Shown here: positions 1 through 12,200 of the stretch, piece after piece
Layout: the number at the start of each line of letters is the position of its first letter
Numbering within the stretch: position 1 is the first letter of the stretch
Assembly (NCBI GenBank): GCA_965205335.1
Contig: OZ242164.1
Span: forward strand, 352,001-416,000
Length of the DNA stretch: 64,000 nt
Reading direction: 5' to 3'
Source: Candidatus Woesearchaeota archaeon
Lineage (GTDB): Archaea > Nanobdellota > Nanobdellia > Woesearchaeales > UBA583
Translations under genes and position numbers: made by a program
Notes under the pieces: generated by a model
The model's database searches: none
Told to the model about the DNA's origin: nothing
The model's input: only the letters and a program-made list of their open reading frames with translations

Positions 1-402
1 AATTACTTCTCCTAATATCCTCTTATCAAGTACGGGTCTGGCATAATCTTTTGGCAAAACTCCTTTTAATCTTGGATTTTCTTTTTCAATTGAAATCATT
101 GCATCATCAACATAATTTCCTATAGTTGGCAGTTTTGCATTTTTCATGATTTCTTCCCATCTTGCTTCTTTAGGGACCCAGAATACATTTCTGGAAATAT
201 ACTCATCTCTATCCTCAGGCTCTGAATTTTCTTCATTACTTAATATATAATGAAGTTCTTCAAAACTATCAGAAATATATTTAAGAAATATTAACCCAAG
301 TATGATATGCTTATATTCAGCAGGATCCATATTATTTCTTAATTTATCTGCTGATTTCCATAATTTCTCTTCAAACCCAATATTTGCTCCGTTTGTGACC
401 AT
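1..402 (-). CDS. hsdM: Type I restriction-modification methyltransferase subunit M, N-terminal part (runs off window)
   Basis: Not in ORF track; manual translation from ATG at 402: MVTNGANIGFEEKLWKSADKLRNNMDPAEYKHIILGLIFLKYISDSF...FWVPKEARW...ENPRLKGVLPKDYARPVLDKRILGEVI, typical HsdM N-terminal domain. Confidence 0.92.
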   Translation of the reverse strand, partial: MVTNGANIGFEEKLWKSADKLRNNMDPAEYKHIILGLIFLKYISDSFEELHYILSNEENSEPEDRDEYISRNVFWVPKEARWEEIMKNAKLPTIGNYVDDAMISIEKENPRLKGVLPKDYARPVLDKRILGEVI

Positions 403-720
403 ACAAAATTTACTCTACATCATTTTATATAATTTACTAAAAAACTATTGGAGGAGGATAAATGAGTTAAAGTGGAAATAAACAAAAATTAACTCTTTCT
501 TGAATATTTCCTGAATGCAACAATTGTTTAGTATATAAGGGCAGTTATAATTATATTCTTAAATAAATTTGCAAACTCCCATCCTCTATTAATAGAATCA
601 TAACTCCCAAAAATCCTACAAATTATAAACAGTATACGTATTTAAGGTAAAAAAACAGCCAAATTTGTTACAGAATCTTAATATAATAAATTATATAAAC
701 CCTATTGAAATTTCATTTTT

Positions 721-1920
721 ATGTTAGACTTAGAAAAAGAATTAGATAGGTTACAAAAGAAAGAATTTTTGAAAGAAATTGATATATATAAGAATCTTTT
801 GGTTATACATTATGCTTGTTCTGATATTAATTCAAAACCCATAAAAATTTCTTCAGTTTCAACTTATGATATTAATAATGATGAATCTCAAACATTTTCA
901 AGGAAAGATCAATCTGATAAAGGAGAAATTAAGTTATTAAGAGATTTTTTTGTATATTTAAAGAAAAAGTTAGATGAGAAGTATTTAATACTTGGGTTTA
1001 ATAATAAGGGTGAAAAGTTTGGGATTAGAACTATAAGAGAGAGATGCTTGGAATTAAAGAACGATAAAGATTTGATAGAAATCTCTGAAAATTTGATTAT
1101 TGATTTTGACAGATTAATTAAAACCTCCTTCCCTAATTATTTTGGGGGTTTAAACAGATTAATAGAAATTAATGGAATTAGTTCTGAAAATTTAGTTAAG
1201 GGTTATGATGAATTAGATTTATTTGAAGGAGGAAAATTTAATGATTTAGATAATTCAACAAAAGCAAAAGTTCATGCAATATCTCAACTTTATCAAAAAT
1301 TTATTGATGATGATTTAGAAATATTTTATGAATATATTAATTCATATGAAAATAAAGATTATTATCAAAATTTTACAAGAAATATTTCTCAAATTAAGAG
1401 AATGATTGATTTGAAAGATCTCAAAAATCAAAGAGATAAAGAATTTTTAAGAAAATTATTATATATTAATGTTATAACTTCAATGGAGATTTATTTAGGG
1501 GATGCTTTTATATACCAAATTCGTAATAATGAGAGATACTTGAAAAAATTTATTTCACATCATCAAAATTTTGAAAAAAAATCTTATTTGAAGGAAGTAG
1601 CTAAGAAATATCCAAATTTTGAATCTTCCTTGAAATATGTTTTTTTAGAAGAAGCAACACAAATATTAAATAATATTTCATTTCATAAATTAGAGAATAT
1701 TGAAAAATTATATAAGAAAGTTTTGGAGATATCATTTCCTAAAGGATTTAATAAAATAATATATGATGCTATTCTAAAAAGACATAATTTAGTTCATAGG
1801 AATGGAAAGGATTTAAAAGGGAAGAAAGTATCAATTGAAATTGATTCATTAGATGATTTAATTATTACTGTAAAAAATTTTATTGGTCAAATTCATAATA
1901 AAATAATTAATCTAACATAA
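721..1920 (+). CDS. Putative RNase H-like (degenerate exonuclease-type) domain fused to C-terminal HEPN ribonuclease domain; candidate defence protein
   Basis: C-terminal LYINVITSMEIYLGDAF...RHNLVHRNG carries the HEPN Rx4H motif; the N-terminal VIHYACS...EIKLLRDFF...ILGFN...IIDFDRL pattern resembles PolB-exo-like folds (inference); divergent from hsdM. Confidence 0.6.
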   Translation: MLDLEKELDRLQKKEFLKEIDIYKNLLVIHYACSDINSKPIKISSVSTYDINNDESQTFSRKDQSDKGEIKLLRDFFVYLKKKLDEKYLILGFNNKGEKFGIRTIRERCLELKNDKDLIEISENLIIDFDRLIKTSFPNYFGGLNRLIEINGISSENLVKGYDELDLFEGGKFNDLDNSTKAKVHAISQLYQKFIDDDLEIFYEYINSYENKDYYQNFTRNISQIKRMIDLKDLKNQRDKEFLRKLLYINVITSMEIYLGDAFIYQIRNNERYLKKFISHHQNFEKKSYLKEVAKKYPNFESSLKYVFLEEATQILNNISFHKLENIEKLYKKVLEISFPKGFNKIIYDAILKRHNLVHRNGKDLKGKKVSIEIDSLDDLIITVKNFIGQIHNKIINLT

Positions 1921-2159
1921 GTGTCAATTGAGATATACTCAAAGTTTTTTGACAGAATCTTTGATTGGAAACATATATAAATAAAATACTAACTATTTTT
2001 TATATGGGCTCAGAAAGTGTAAATGTATTCAAAGATGTAGGATTTATTGGAAGAAAATGGATTTCTCTAAAGGGACACTACATCATATGAAGCAAAATGC
2101 AAAGAGTGTTAAACCTTTTACACTTAATCAACATGTAAAAGAAAGAATATTGGAGTTGT

Positions 2160-2591
2160 ATGATTAAAATGGTTGACTTAAAAATTAATGCAAATGGCTT
2201 AATTAAATATTTAGAAAAATTAAGTGATGAATCAACTGATGAAGAAATAACTGAATTAATTCAAAACTTTATGAAAAAAGATTCAGAATTTATGCAAAAA
2301 AATATAGAGAAAGTTAAAAATAAAGTTAATGAAATTATTAAAGAAAATGATGAAACTCTAGAACCTTTTAAGGAAAGATTTAAAGAAAGGTGGGGCGAGG
2401 CATTAGATTTACTTGAAACTTTTAGAATTTTATCATATGAATTAGGGGACAAGATTAATAAAAATAAAAAACCAGAAGAAAAATATTTGCCTCTTGTTTT
2501 AATTAGATTACATGCTAGGGCGTGTCTTATCTCAAACGAAATATTTACACTTTCCTTTAAAATAATCAGAAACAAATCAAATTACAATTAA
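2160..2591 (+). pseudogene. Truncated DUF5677-like gene whose 3' end is replaced by a copy of the tail of the 1949-aa adhesin gene
   Basis: LIRLHARACLISNEI resembles DUF5677-type proteins; terminal SFKIIRNKSNYN matches the C-terminus of 35714..41563 (SFKIIRDKSNYN), also at DNA level. Confidence 0.6.
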
Positions 2592-2838
2592 AAATAATTC
2601 TTTTCAATTCTCGAAATTTTTAAACATAACAGAATTACTAGCACATAAATTAATATTAAAATTTTCAGTCAAAATTATTACACATTTTCCCCTATTATCA
2701 TCTTAACATCACAGATTCATTTAGAGATATATTAATAACACATAACTCTGATTACGCCTTCTGATTCTCAGGAATGATTAGCCTAAGAGAAGATAAACTA
2801 TTAGATGAAATAAATACAATTGATGATATAAGCAATTT
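2540..2838 (+). repeat. ~300-bp dispersed repeat, copy of 41512..41811 (adhesin-2 tail + intergenic DNA + ligase 3' relic)
   Basis: Direct alignment, e.g. tttcctttaaaataatcaga..caaatcaaattacaattaaaaataattcttttcaattctc at both sites. Confidence 0.95.
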
Positions 2839-3002
2839 TATAAATAACAGATGAATTCCCAACAATCAGAATAAAATTGCAAACTAAAACTTACAAAAAT
2901 CCATTGGAATTGCAATTTCTCATCATAAAAATGTGATGTCAGGAAAACACTACTCAACAGTAATACTTATAAATAAAGATACCTTATCTATTATATAAAA
3001 AT

Positions 3003-3137
3003 ATGGATTCTGAACTAAAAACTTCTCCGCAAAAGAAAATATTGAAGACAATCTTAGTGTTATTTCTATTCATTGCTATGGTTGGATTGGCAAGCTCCTT
3101 GGCATCTTGGGGGGGGGGGGGGGGGTCTCCTTCCTGA
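3003..3137 (+). pseudogene. Orphan signal-peptide uORF (44 aa) ending in a G17 tract; paralog of the N-terminus of 42007..51594
   Basis: MDSELKTSPQKKILKTILVLFLFIAMVGLASSLASWGGGGGSPS* vs MEQKKLSQHKVLRATWILFLFVVLAGLASSLAWG; TATA-like boxes upstream (cttataaata ~2966, ttatataaaa 2991). Confidence 0.75.
3109..3125 (+). repeat. G17 homopolymer
   Basis: 17 consecutive G in an AT-rich genome. Confidence 0.95.
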
Positions 3138-3273
3138 TTGGAATTATTATCTGAGTTTATCCTGCTTTTTTATTCTGTTCTCTGCTTTGGCCGGAGTCGT
3201 GGTTCATTCTCGGTTAGTTAGAGATTTTTCGCGTGCTTTTGGTTTGGTTCGCATTCTTTGCTCCAGACCTCTG

Positions 3274-3281
3274 GGAGGTGA
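3274..3281 (+). promoter_or_regulatory. Shine-Dalgarno GGAGGTGA upstream of ATG 3289
   Basis: Perfect SD 7 nt before the start; most other genes here instead have a TATA box close to the ATG. Confidence 0.7.
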
Positions 3282-3288
3282 GTCCTGA

Positions 3289-6200
3289 ATGATGGAGGTG
3301 CCAAAAAGAGGTGTGAGGCGCAGAGCGTTCTCAGTTTTTTGTCTGATTTTTTTATTTGCCTTTATGGGCGTTGTTCTTGCTGATAATGTCAGTGCTGTTA
3401 AGTTGGTGGGTAATCTGGATTCTGAGAGTTCCGGAGATTTAACAATAGGTGAGTATCAAACATCGACCGGAGTTGGTGCGCAGGCGTTTACCACAGGTAA
3501 TAATCCTGAGGGTTACGTTATTACTGGCGTTGAGATAAATGTAAGCGTAGCGTCCAGCAACCGTACTGCTTTGGTGAGCATTCAGAGTAGTAATAATAGT
3601 AAGTTGTATGATCTTACCGGTAGCGTTACTTCAGCCGGAGTTCAGTCTTTCACTGCTCCTGAGAATGCCACACTTAATGCGAGCACGACTTATTTTCTGC
3701 ACATTGCTCCCGGAACAGGAACCCTTAATTTTAAGGTTGGCGTTACTGACTCAGATAGTGAGGATTCTGCTTCTGCTTCAGGGTGGTCTGTAGAAAATGT
3801 ATCTTTGCATTCTATGAATAATGGGAGCAGTTTCACTATTAATACTGACTCGCTTCAGCTTGCAGTTTATGGTGATGCTGTTAGTATTAATCCTGAAATT
3901 CCGACAAACAGTTTTGATTTGGATAGTTCAAACAGCAATCCCTTTGGACTGTGGTCTGATGGTGAGACACTCTGGGTATCAGACGAATCAGGAAATAAAG
4001 CATATGCCTATACATTTGCAGAAGGTTCTTTAACTTATGATTCAAGCAAGGATTTTAGTACAGTCGCTTCTCCCGATGGTGCAGGTGTGAACGCCAACAA
4101 TGATATAATATACCTTTTAAGACCTGCTGGTGATTTCCTCACAGCTCATGCATATAACTTTTCAGGCGATCGGCAAAACAGCAAGGATGTTACAAACATT
4201 AACATCACATTTAATGCTCAATCCACAGGACTTTGGGCTGACAGCACTACAATTTGGATAACTGGCAAATGGTCTGATCCTTCTCATTTTATGTATGGTT
4301 ATAATTTAAATGGAACCCGCAACTCAAACAAAGACATTCTCATAGGAAGTTGCATAAATTCTTATGGTGCATGGTCAGATGAAGAGACTATTTGGGTAAT
4401 TGGGGAATGTACAACCGGAGGAAATAAAATCAGAGCTTTCAATTTGTCAGATGGTGCTCGGGACTCAGCAAGGGATATTCCTATATCTGAGAATAACACT
4501 CAACCCAGAGGTCTATGGTCAGATGGAGAATTTATGTGGACTGCCAATAATAAGGGTACAAATGATAAAGTGTATTCCTACAAGTATCGTAATAATTCTT
4601 ATGGTCTGAGAATTCAGGGTTCTCCTGTGACAGGTCATACTCTGAGTGCTGATTCTTCATCTATAACTGATCCTAATGGTTTGCCTGATTCTCCTGACTT
4701 TTCTTATCAGTGGCAGTATGACGATGGAACGGATATTGCAGGTGCTACCAGCAAAACATATCGCTTGAGAGCATCAGACGTAGGAAAAAAAATACAGGTA
4801 AGAGTGCGTTTCATTGACAATGCACGTTATGATGAGGAACTTTACAGTGAATCCTTTGAAATCATTAAAGATAAAATACCAACAAGCAGTTTTGATTTGG
4901 ATAGTTCAAACAGCAATCCCTTTGGACTGTGGTCTGATGGTGAGACACTCTGGGTATCAGACGAATCAGGAAATAAAGCATATGCCTATACATTTGCAGA
5001 AGGTTCTTTAACTTATGATTCAAGCAAGGATTTTAGTACAATCGCTTCTCCCGATGGTGCAGGTGTGAACGCCAACAATGATATAATATACCTTTTAAGA
5101 CCTACTGGTGATTTCCTCACAGCTCATGCATACAACTTTTCAGGCGATCGGCAAAACAGCAAGGATGTTACAAACATTAACATCACATTTAATGCTCAAT
5201 CCACAGGACTTTGGGCTGACAGCACTACAATTTGGATAACTGGCAAATGGTCTGATCCTTCTCATTTTGTGTATGGTTATAATTTAAATGGAACTCGCAA
5301 CTCAAACAAAGACATTCTCATAGGAAGTTGCATAAATTCTTATGGTGCATGGTCAGATGAAGAAACTATTTGGGTGATTGGAAACTGCATAACAGGCGGA
5401 AATAAAATCAGAGCTTTCAATTTGTCAGACGGTGCTCGGGACTCAGCAAGGGATATTTCTATATCTGAGAATAATACTCAACCCAGAGGTCTATGGTCAG
5501 ATGGAGAATTTATGTGGACTGCCAATAATAAGGGTACAAATGATAAAGTGTATTCCTACAAGTATCGCAATAACGCTGAAGGTCTGAGAATTCAGGGTTC
5601 TCCTATAACTGGTCACACCCTGAGTGCTGATATTGCATCTATAACTGAACCTAATGGTCTGCCCGATTCTCCTGAGTTTTCTTATCAGTGGCAGTATGCT
5701 GACGGGACTGATATTGCTGGTGCTATCAGCAAAACTTATTACTTGAAAGTAGCAGATGCAGGTAAAAAGGTACGGGTAAGAGTGAGTTTCACTGACAATG
5801 CACGTTACGAAGAGGAAATCTTCAGTGAACCAACAGGAACTATTCAAGTTAATGAACTAGCTGTTTTCGGTCAGAGCGAATATATTTTCTATCTTGATGA
5901 AAATAGAAATGGAAGTGGAGTAAATGCTATCACTCTGGGAAGAATAACTGTAACTGATAAAAATAAACCTAGTGGTGTAGGACTATTCTTTACTGAATCC
6001 AGTTCCATCAACTCTAATGATGGGAAATTCCGTATAACAGGAGAAACGACAGACACATTCAGATTTCAATATAGAGGAACAGGAGAAGAATACAATGAAA
6101 CAAAAAACAAATATGTGTATACAATTACGACATTCAACAATAACAATTTTACTAATTCTACATCTGTAAATGTTACTATTTATATTAATGATCCAAATGA

Positions 6201-9200
6201 AGCACCTGTTTTCGAACATCTCAGATATTTCTTCTACCTTGATAAAAATAAAAGTGGTAAGCCAACACCTGTCGAGCTGGGAACAATAACTGTAACTGAT
6301 AACAAAGACCCTGATGGTGTAACATTATTCTTTCCTGAAACCAATTCCCCCAGTTCTAATGATGGGAAATTCCGTATAATAGGTGAAACGACAGATACAT
6401 TCAGATTTCAATATAGAGGAACAGGAGAAGAATATAATGAAACAAAAGACAGATATGTGTATACAATTGCGGCACTTGACAATAACAATAATATTGCATA
6501 TATGAATGTTACTGTCCTTATTAGAAACTCAACTGAACCACCTGTTTTCGATCAGAGAGAATATGTTTTCTACCTTGATGTAAATATAAGTGGACCTGTC
6601 GAGATGGGAACAATAACTTTAACTGATAATGATGATTCTAATGGCATAACACTCTTCTTTACTGAAATCAATTCCGTCAATTCTAATGATGGGAAGTTCC
6701 GTATATCAGGGGGAGCGAGAGATACATTCAGATTTCAGTATAAAGGAACTGGAGAAACTGATGAAACAAACAAATATGTATATACAATTGAGGCAATTGA
6801 CGATAGAGATAACTCTGCATATGCAAATGTTACTATCTATATTATAAACCCTAATGCACCCGTTTTCAGTCAGAAAGAATATGTCTTCTATCTTGATGAA
6901 AATCAAATAGGAAATGATACACCTATAGACCTGGGAACAATAAGTGCAACTGATAACGATGACCCTGATGGTTTTGCATTCTCCTTCGCTAATGACTCTA
7001 ATGACACTTTTACCCCATATTCTAAAGATAATAAGTTTCGTATTAAAGCTAATACTACCACTTCTTCTACATTTAGATATGTGGGAGACGGAGAAGAATA
7101 CAATGAAACTGATGAAACAAAAAACAAATATGTATATACTATTATTACGTCTGATAATAACTTGAATTATGCATATGCAACTGTTACTGTCTATATTAAC
7201 GACCCGAATGAAGCATCCGTTTTCGATCAAAGCGAATACATCTTCTACCTTGATGAAAATAGAAGTGGAAGTGGTGATAATCCTATCACTCTGGGAACAA
7301 TAAATCTAAATGTTAATGGAATAGCCGGATTAAAATTCAAAGACGGCGATAATACACTTTCTTCTGATAGTAAGTTCAAGATTAAAAGTATCAGTGATAA
7401 TTCTTTTGAATTTAGATACATAGGAACAGGAGAAGAATATAATGAAACTGATGAAACAAAAAACATATATGAATATCCAATCTTTACAGTTTATGTGGGG
7501 GAGGACAATGGCAATAGCACGACGAAACTTGAATTAGTAAATGTTACTATCAATATTAGAGAAGTAGAAGAAGAAACAAATGAAGCACCTGTTTTCATTA
7601 ATACTGCATACTTCGCGTTAATGGATGAAAATAGAAGTGGTAATCAAACACCTCTCGACTTGATAACAATAAGTGCAACTGATAATGATGACACTAATGG
7701 CATAACATTTTTCTTTTCTGAAACCAATTCCAACAATTCTAATGATGGAAAGTTCCGTATGGCAGAATTTGGGATTAATACAGTGGTACTCCAATACATT
7801 GGAACAGGAGAAGATTATGATTCAGAAAACCAATATGTGTATATAATTGGGGCACGTGACGATAACAATAATACTGCTTATGTAAATGTTACTGTCGATA
7901 TTAAAGACCCGGATAACTCTCCACCAGTTTTCAATCAGAGCGAATACGTCTTCTACCTTGATGAAAATAGAAGTGGAAGTGGCGGAAATGCTATCACTCT
8001 AGGAACAATAACTTTAACTGATAAGGAAAATGAACAAGTTGCATTAGGCTTCATTGGCACCGCTACCACATATTCTTCTGATAATAAGTTCCATATTGAA
8101 CATATCAATGGTAATTCTTATAGGATTAGATATGTAGGAACAGGAGAAGATTACGAAACAACAAACGAATATGTATTTGGAATCTTTGCAACTGACAGAA
8201 GCAATAATGTTGTACGTACAAATGTTACTGTCTATATTAACAACCCAAATGAACCTATAAGAGAAACAAATGACACTCTTGTAAGTAACTTGAACCAAGC
8301 CAGACATTTCTCTAGTTTTGGGTTTGGGTCTACCAGACTTGCTCAGGGATTTACTACTGGCAATAATTCTCTGGGTTATGTTCTTGAGAAAGTTGAGATA
8401 AGTGTAACTAATGGTAATTTTTTTAGAGGAGTTATAAATACTCATACGGCTATTTATTCTGCGAGTGGTAATAATCCTGGGACTAAGTTATATAATCTTA
8501 CTGGTAATAATGTTTCAATGGGTTACAATGAGTTTACTGCTCCTGAAAATACTGTGCTTAACGCTAGCACATCATATTTCTTCGTTATTGAGAAAGAAAG
8601 CTATTCCAACTCAAGACATACTTTCAACTTGGAAGTAACTAACAGTAATGATGAAGACTCTGGTGCATCTGTCGGATGGTCTATCAAAGACAAAGGCCAA
8701 ACTCAAAGTGTGACTAACCCTGGTAGTTGGAGTAGTGAACTTTATATTCAAAGTGTGAGAACCAATACATCGCTCAAGATGGCAGTTTATGGAGAAGAAA
8801 AAACAAATAGCCCTCCTGTATTTTCCGGCAGTTCAACTTTTACAGTAAATGAACACAAAAAGCGTGTTGGCACTGTTATGGCTTCTGATGAGGATGTTGA
8901 GGACAGCATTACTGGCTACAGCATTTCTGGAGGTGAAGACTCAGGTTCATTCCGTATTAATAATAATGGCGTGTTACATTTTATTCCCACTCCTAATTTT
9001 GAGAGTCCTTCCGATGTTGGAGGTGACAACGAGTACAAGGTTTCAGTTCAGGTTACCAGTGGTACTGGCAGTCGCCTCCTAACTACAAACAAAGAGTTTA
9101 CAATAAATGTTAATGATTTGAATGAACCACCTTCTACTCCCGCAAAACCCACATTAAACTTTCCTACTTCCACAAGTCTTTTAGTAAACTGGGTTGCACC

Positions 9201-12200
9201 AAGCAATAAAGGTCCTGCAATTACTGACTATGATGTAGAGTACCGTGAAGAAGATTCAAGTGGCTCTTTTAGTACTTGGACTCATAATGGAGCAGTTACA
9301 AGCACTACAATTACAAATTTAAGTACTAACACTACTTATTATGTTCAGGTTCGTGCTGAAAATGCAGAAGGAACCAGTGGCTGGTCTCCAGTTGCCAATG
9401 GTACTACTGGTGGTGCTCAATTGACGCCAGAGATTTCAGACGTTGAAGCATCTGACATTACTGCGGATGGTGCTAAAATTACAGTGATTGTAAGCAATCC
9501 TGATGGAAATTCCAAAAACATTTATTATCGTGTTTGGGCAATTATTAGTGATCATATTGTTGATAGTGGTGTAGTGAATACATCCACAAGTAGTGCGACT
9601 TTTAGGCTGACTGGTCTGAATGAAGGGTATAGACACGATGTAGATGTATCCTTTAATGAAAATTTTCCTGAAGAAGAGACTCTGCATGCTCAATTCACAC
9701 CTAAGGAGCCTAATAATCCTCCTATCCTCACTAAAAATCTGATAGAGTTTAATCTCAGTGAGAATGCAAACGGAAACAGTACACCCTTTCATATTGGAAG
9801 AGTTAAAGCAACTGACCCTGACGGTGACCCTTTAAACTACACCCTCGTAAGAACTCATACTGATGATATAGATAAATTCACTATCAATTCAACATCCGGT
9901 GATGTTTATTACACTGGAAGTGGAGAAGATTACGAAACAAAAAGACAGTACTTCTTATTAGGTAATTTATATGATGGAGTTAATGAACCTGTCTATTTCA
10001 GTATTACTATTGAAATCATTAACAACTCAGATGAAGATGGAAATAACCCTCCTGAATTTACAAGCAGTTCAACCTTCTCAGTAAATGAAAACAACATAAA
10101 CGTGGGAACTGTAACAGCTACTGACTCTGATACAGAAGACAGTGTTACAGATTATAATATCTCTGGCGGTGCAGATAGCACAAATTTCTCAATCACAAAC
10201 GGTGGTGTTTTGACTTTCAATTCTGCTCCTGATTTTGAGAATCCTTCCGACTCTAACAGCGATAATGAGTACGAGGTACAAGTTACTGCTACAAGTGGAA
10301 CAGGAAGTAGAGTGATGACCGCAACGCAGGACATTATAGTTACAGTAAATAATGTGAGTGAGAGTACGTCTAACAATCCACCTGAATTTACAAGCAGTCC
10401 AACCTTCTCAGTAAATGAAAACAACATAAACGTGGGAACTGTAACAGCTACTGACTCTGATACAGAAGACAGTGTTACAGATTATAATATCTCTGGCGGT
10501 GCAGACAACGCAGGATTATCAATCACAGGTGATGGTGTTTTGACTTTCAATTCTGCTCCTGATTTTGAGAATCCTTCCGACTCTAACAGCGATAATGAGT
10601 ACGAGGTGCAAGTTACTGCTACAAGTGGAACAGGAAGTAGAGTGATGACCACAACACAGGACATTATAGTTACAGTAAATAATGTGAGTGAGAGTACGCC
10701 TAACAATCCACCTGAATTTACAAGCAGTCCAACCTTCTCAGTAAATGAAAACAACATAAACGTGGGAACTGTAACAGCTACTGACTCTGATACAGAAGAC
10801 AGTGTTACAGATTATAATATCTCTGGCGGTGCAGACAACGCAGGATTATCAATCACAAACGGTGGTGTTTTGACTTTCAAATCTGCTCCTGATTTTGAAA
10901 ACGCTGATGATGATGACAGTAATAATGAGTATGAGGTACAAGTTACTGCTACAAGTGGAACTGGAAGTAGAGTGATGACCACAACACAGGACATTACAGT
11001 TACAGTAAATAATGTGAGTGAGAGTACAACTAATCTCCCTCCAACTTTCTCTATACCTCATACTACCTTTTATATTGACGAAAATACTATTGACGTAGGC
11101 ACAATAGTCACTAGTGACCCTGACATTCAGGACAGGATTACCGGTTATAGATTCATTAATGTCTCAAATTTTGATCAAGAATTATTCCAAATTACAAATG
11201 AAGGTGTTTTGACTTTCAAATCTGCTCCTGATTATGAAAATCCTTCTGACTACGACGGTGACAACACTTATCAATTTAGAGTGCAGGTTTCAAGTGGTAT
11301 AGGAAGCAGAAGAAGAACTAAAAACTCTGATGTATACGTGTTGGTAGATAATGTGAGTGATGAGATAGTTAATAACACTCCTGCATTTACAAGCAATCCA
11401 ACCTTCTCAGTAAATGAAAACAACATAAGCGTGGGAACAGTAACAGCTTCCGACTCTGATACAGAAGACAGTGTTACAGGTTATAATATCTCTGGCGGTG
11501 CAGACAACGCAAGATTATCAATCACTGGTGATGGTATTTTGACTTTCGTTTCTGCACCGGATTTTGAAAACCCAAATGATGATGACAGTAATAATGAGTA
11601 CGTGGTGCAGGTTACTGCTACAAGTGGAACAGGAAGTAGAGTGATGAACGCAACGCAGAACATTACAGTTACAGTAAATGATGTAAACGAGGCTCCATCC
11701 ACACCTTCGGCACCAACTTTAAGTTCCCCCACTCCAAATAGTTTATCTGTGAGTTGGTCTGCTCCCGATAATACTGGTCCAGATATCAATGATTATGATG
11801 TGCAGTACAGAAAAGGCTCAAGCGGAGCATTCACTAACAGGACACATACAGATAACTCTACAAGCACTACAATTACCGGTTTGGATGCTAATACTCAATA
11901 CCAAGTAAGGATTCTTGCACATAATGATGAGGGTGCAAGCAATTGGTCCCAGACATCCGATGCTACTACCAGTCCAGTACCTAACAACCAACCAACATTC
12001 ACAAGCAATCCAACCTTCTCAGTAAATGAAAACAACATAAGCGTGGGAACTGTTGTGGCTTCTGATACCGATACAGAAGACAGTGTTACTGGTTACATCA
12101 TCTCAGGAGGGACAGACAGATCTATGTTCTCAATTACAAACAGTGGAGTACTAACTTTCCAGTCTAATCCAGATTACGAGAACCCTTCCGATGTCGGAAC

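Noticed and set aside
2004-2160. Possible decayed small zinc-ribbon gene (CKEC)
   Set aside because: Too short and interrupted to support a call.
3073-3288. 71-aa ORF as an independent gene
   Set aside because: TTG start lies inside the 3003 leader and it crosses the G-tract; relevant only as the slip frame.
3898-5830. Diversity-generating retroelement template/variable repeat pair
   Set aside because: No reverse transcriptase in the window; both copies are in-frame coding and differences are not restricted to adenines.
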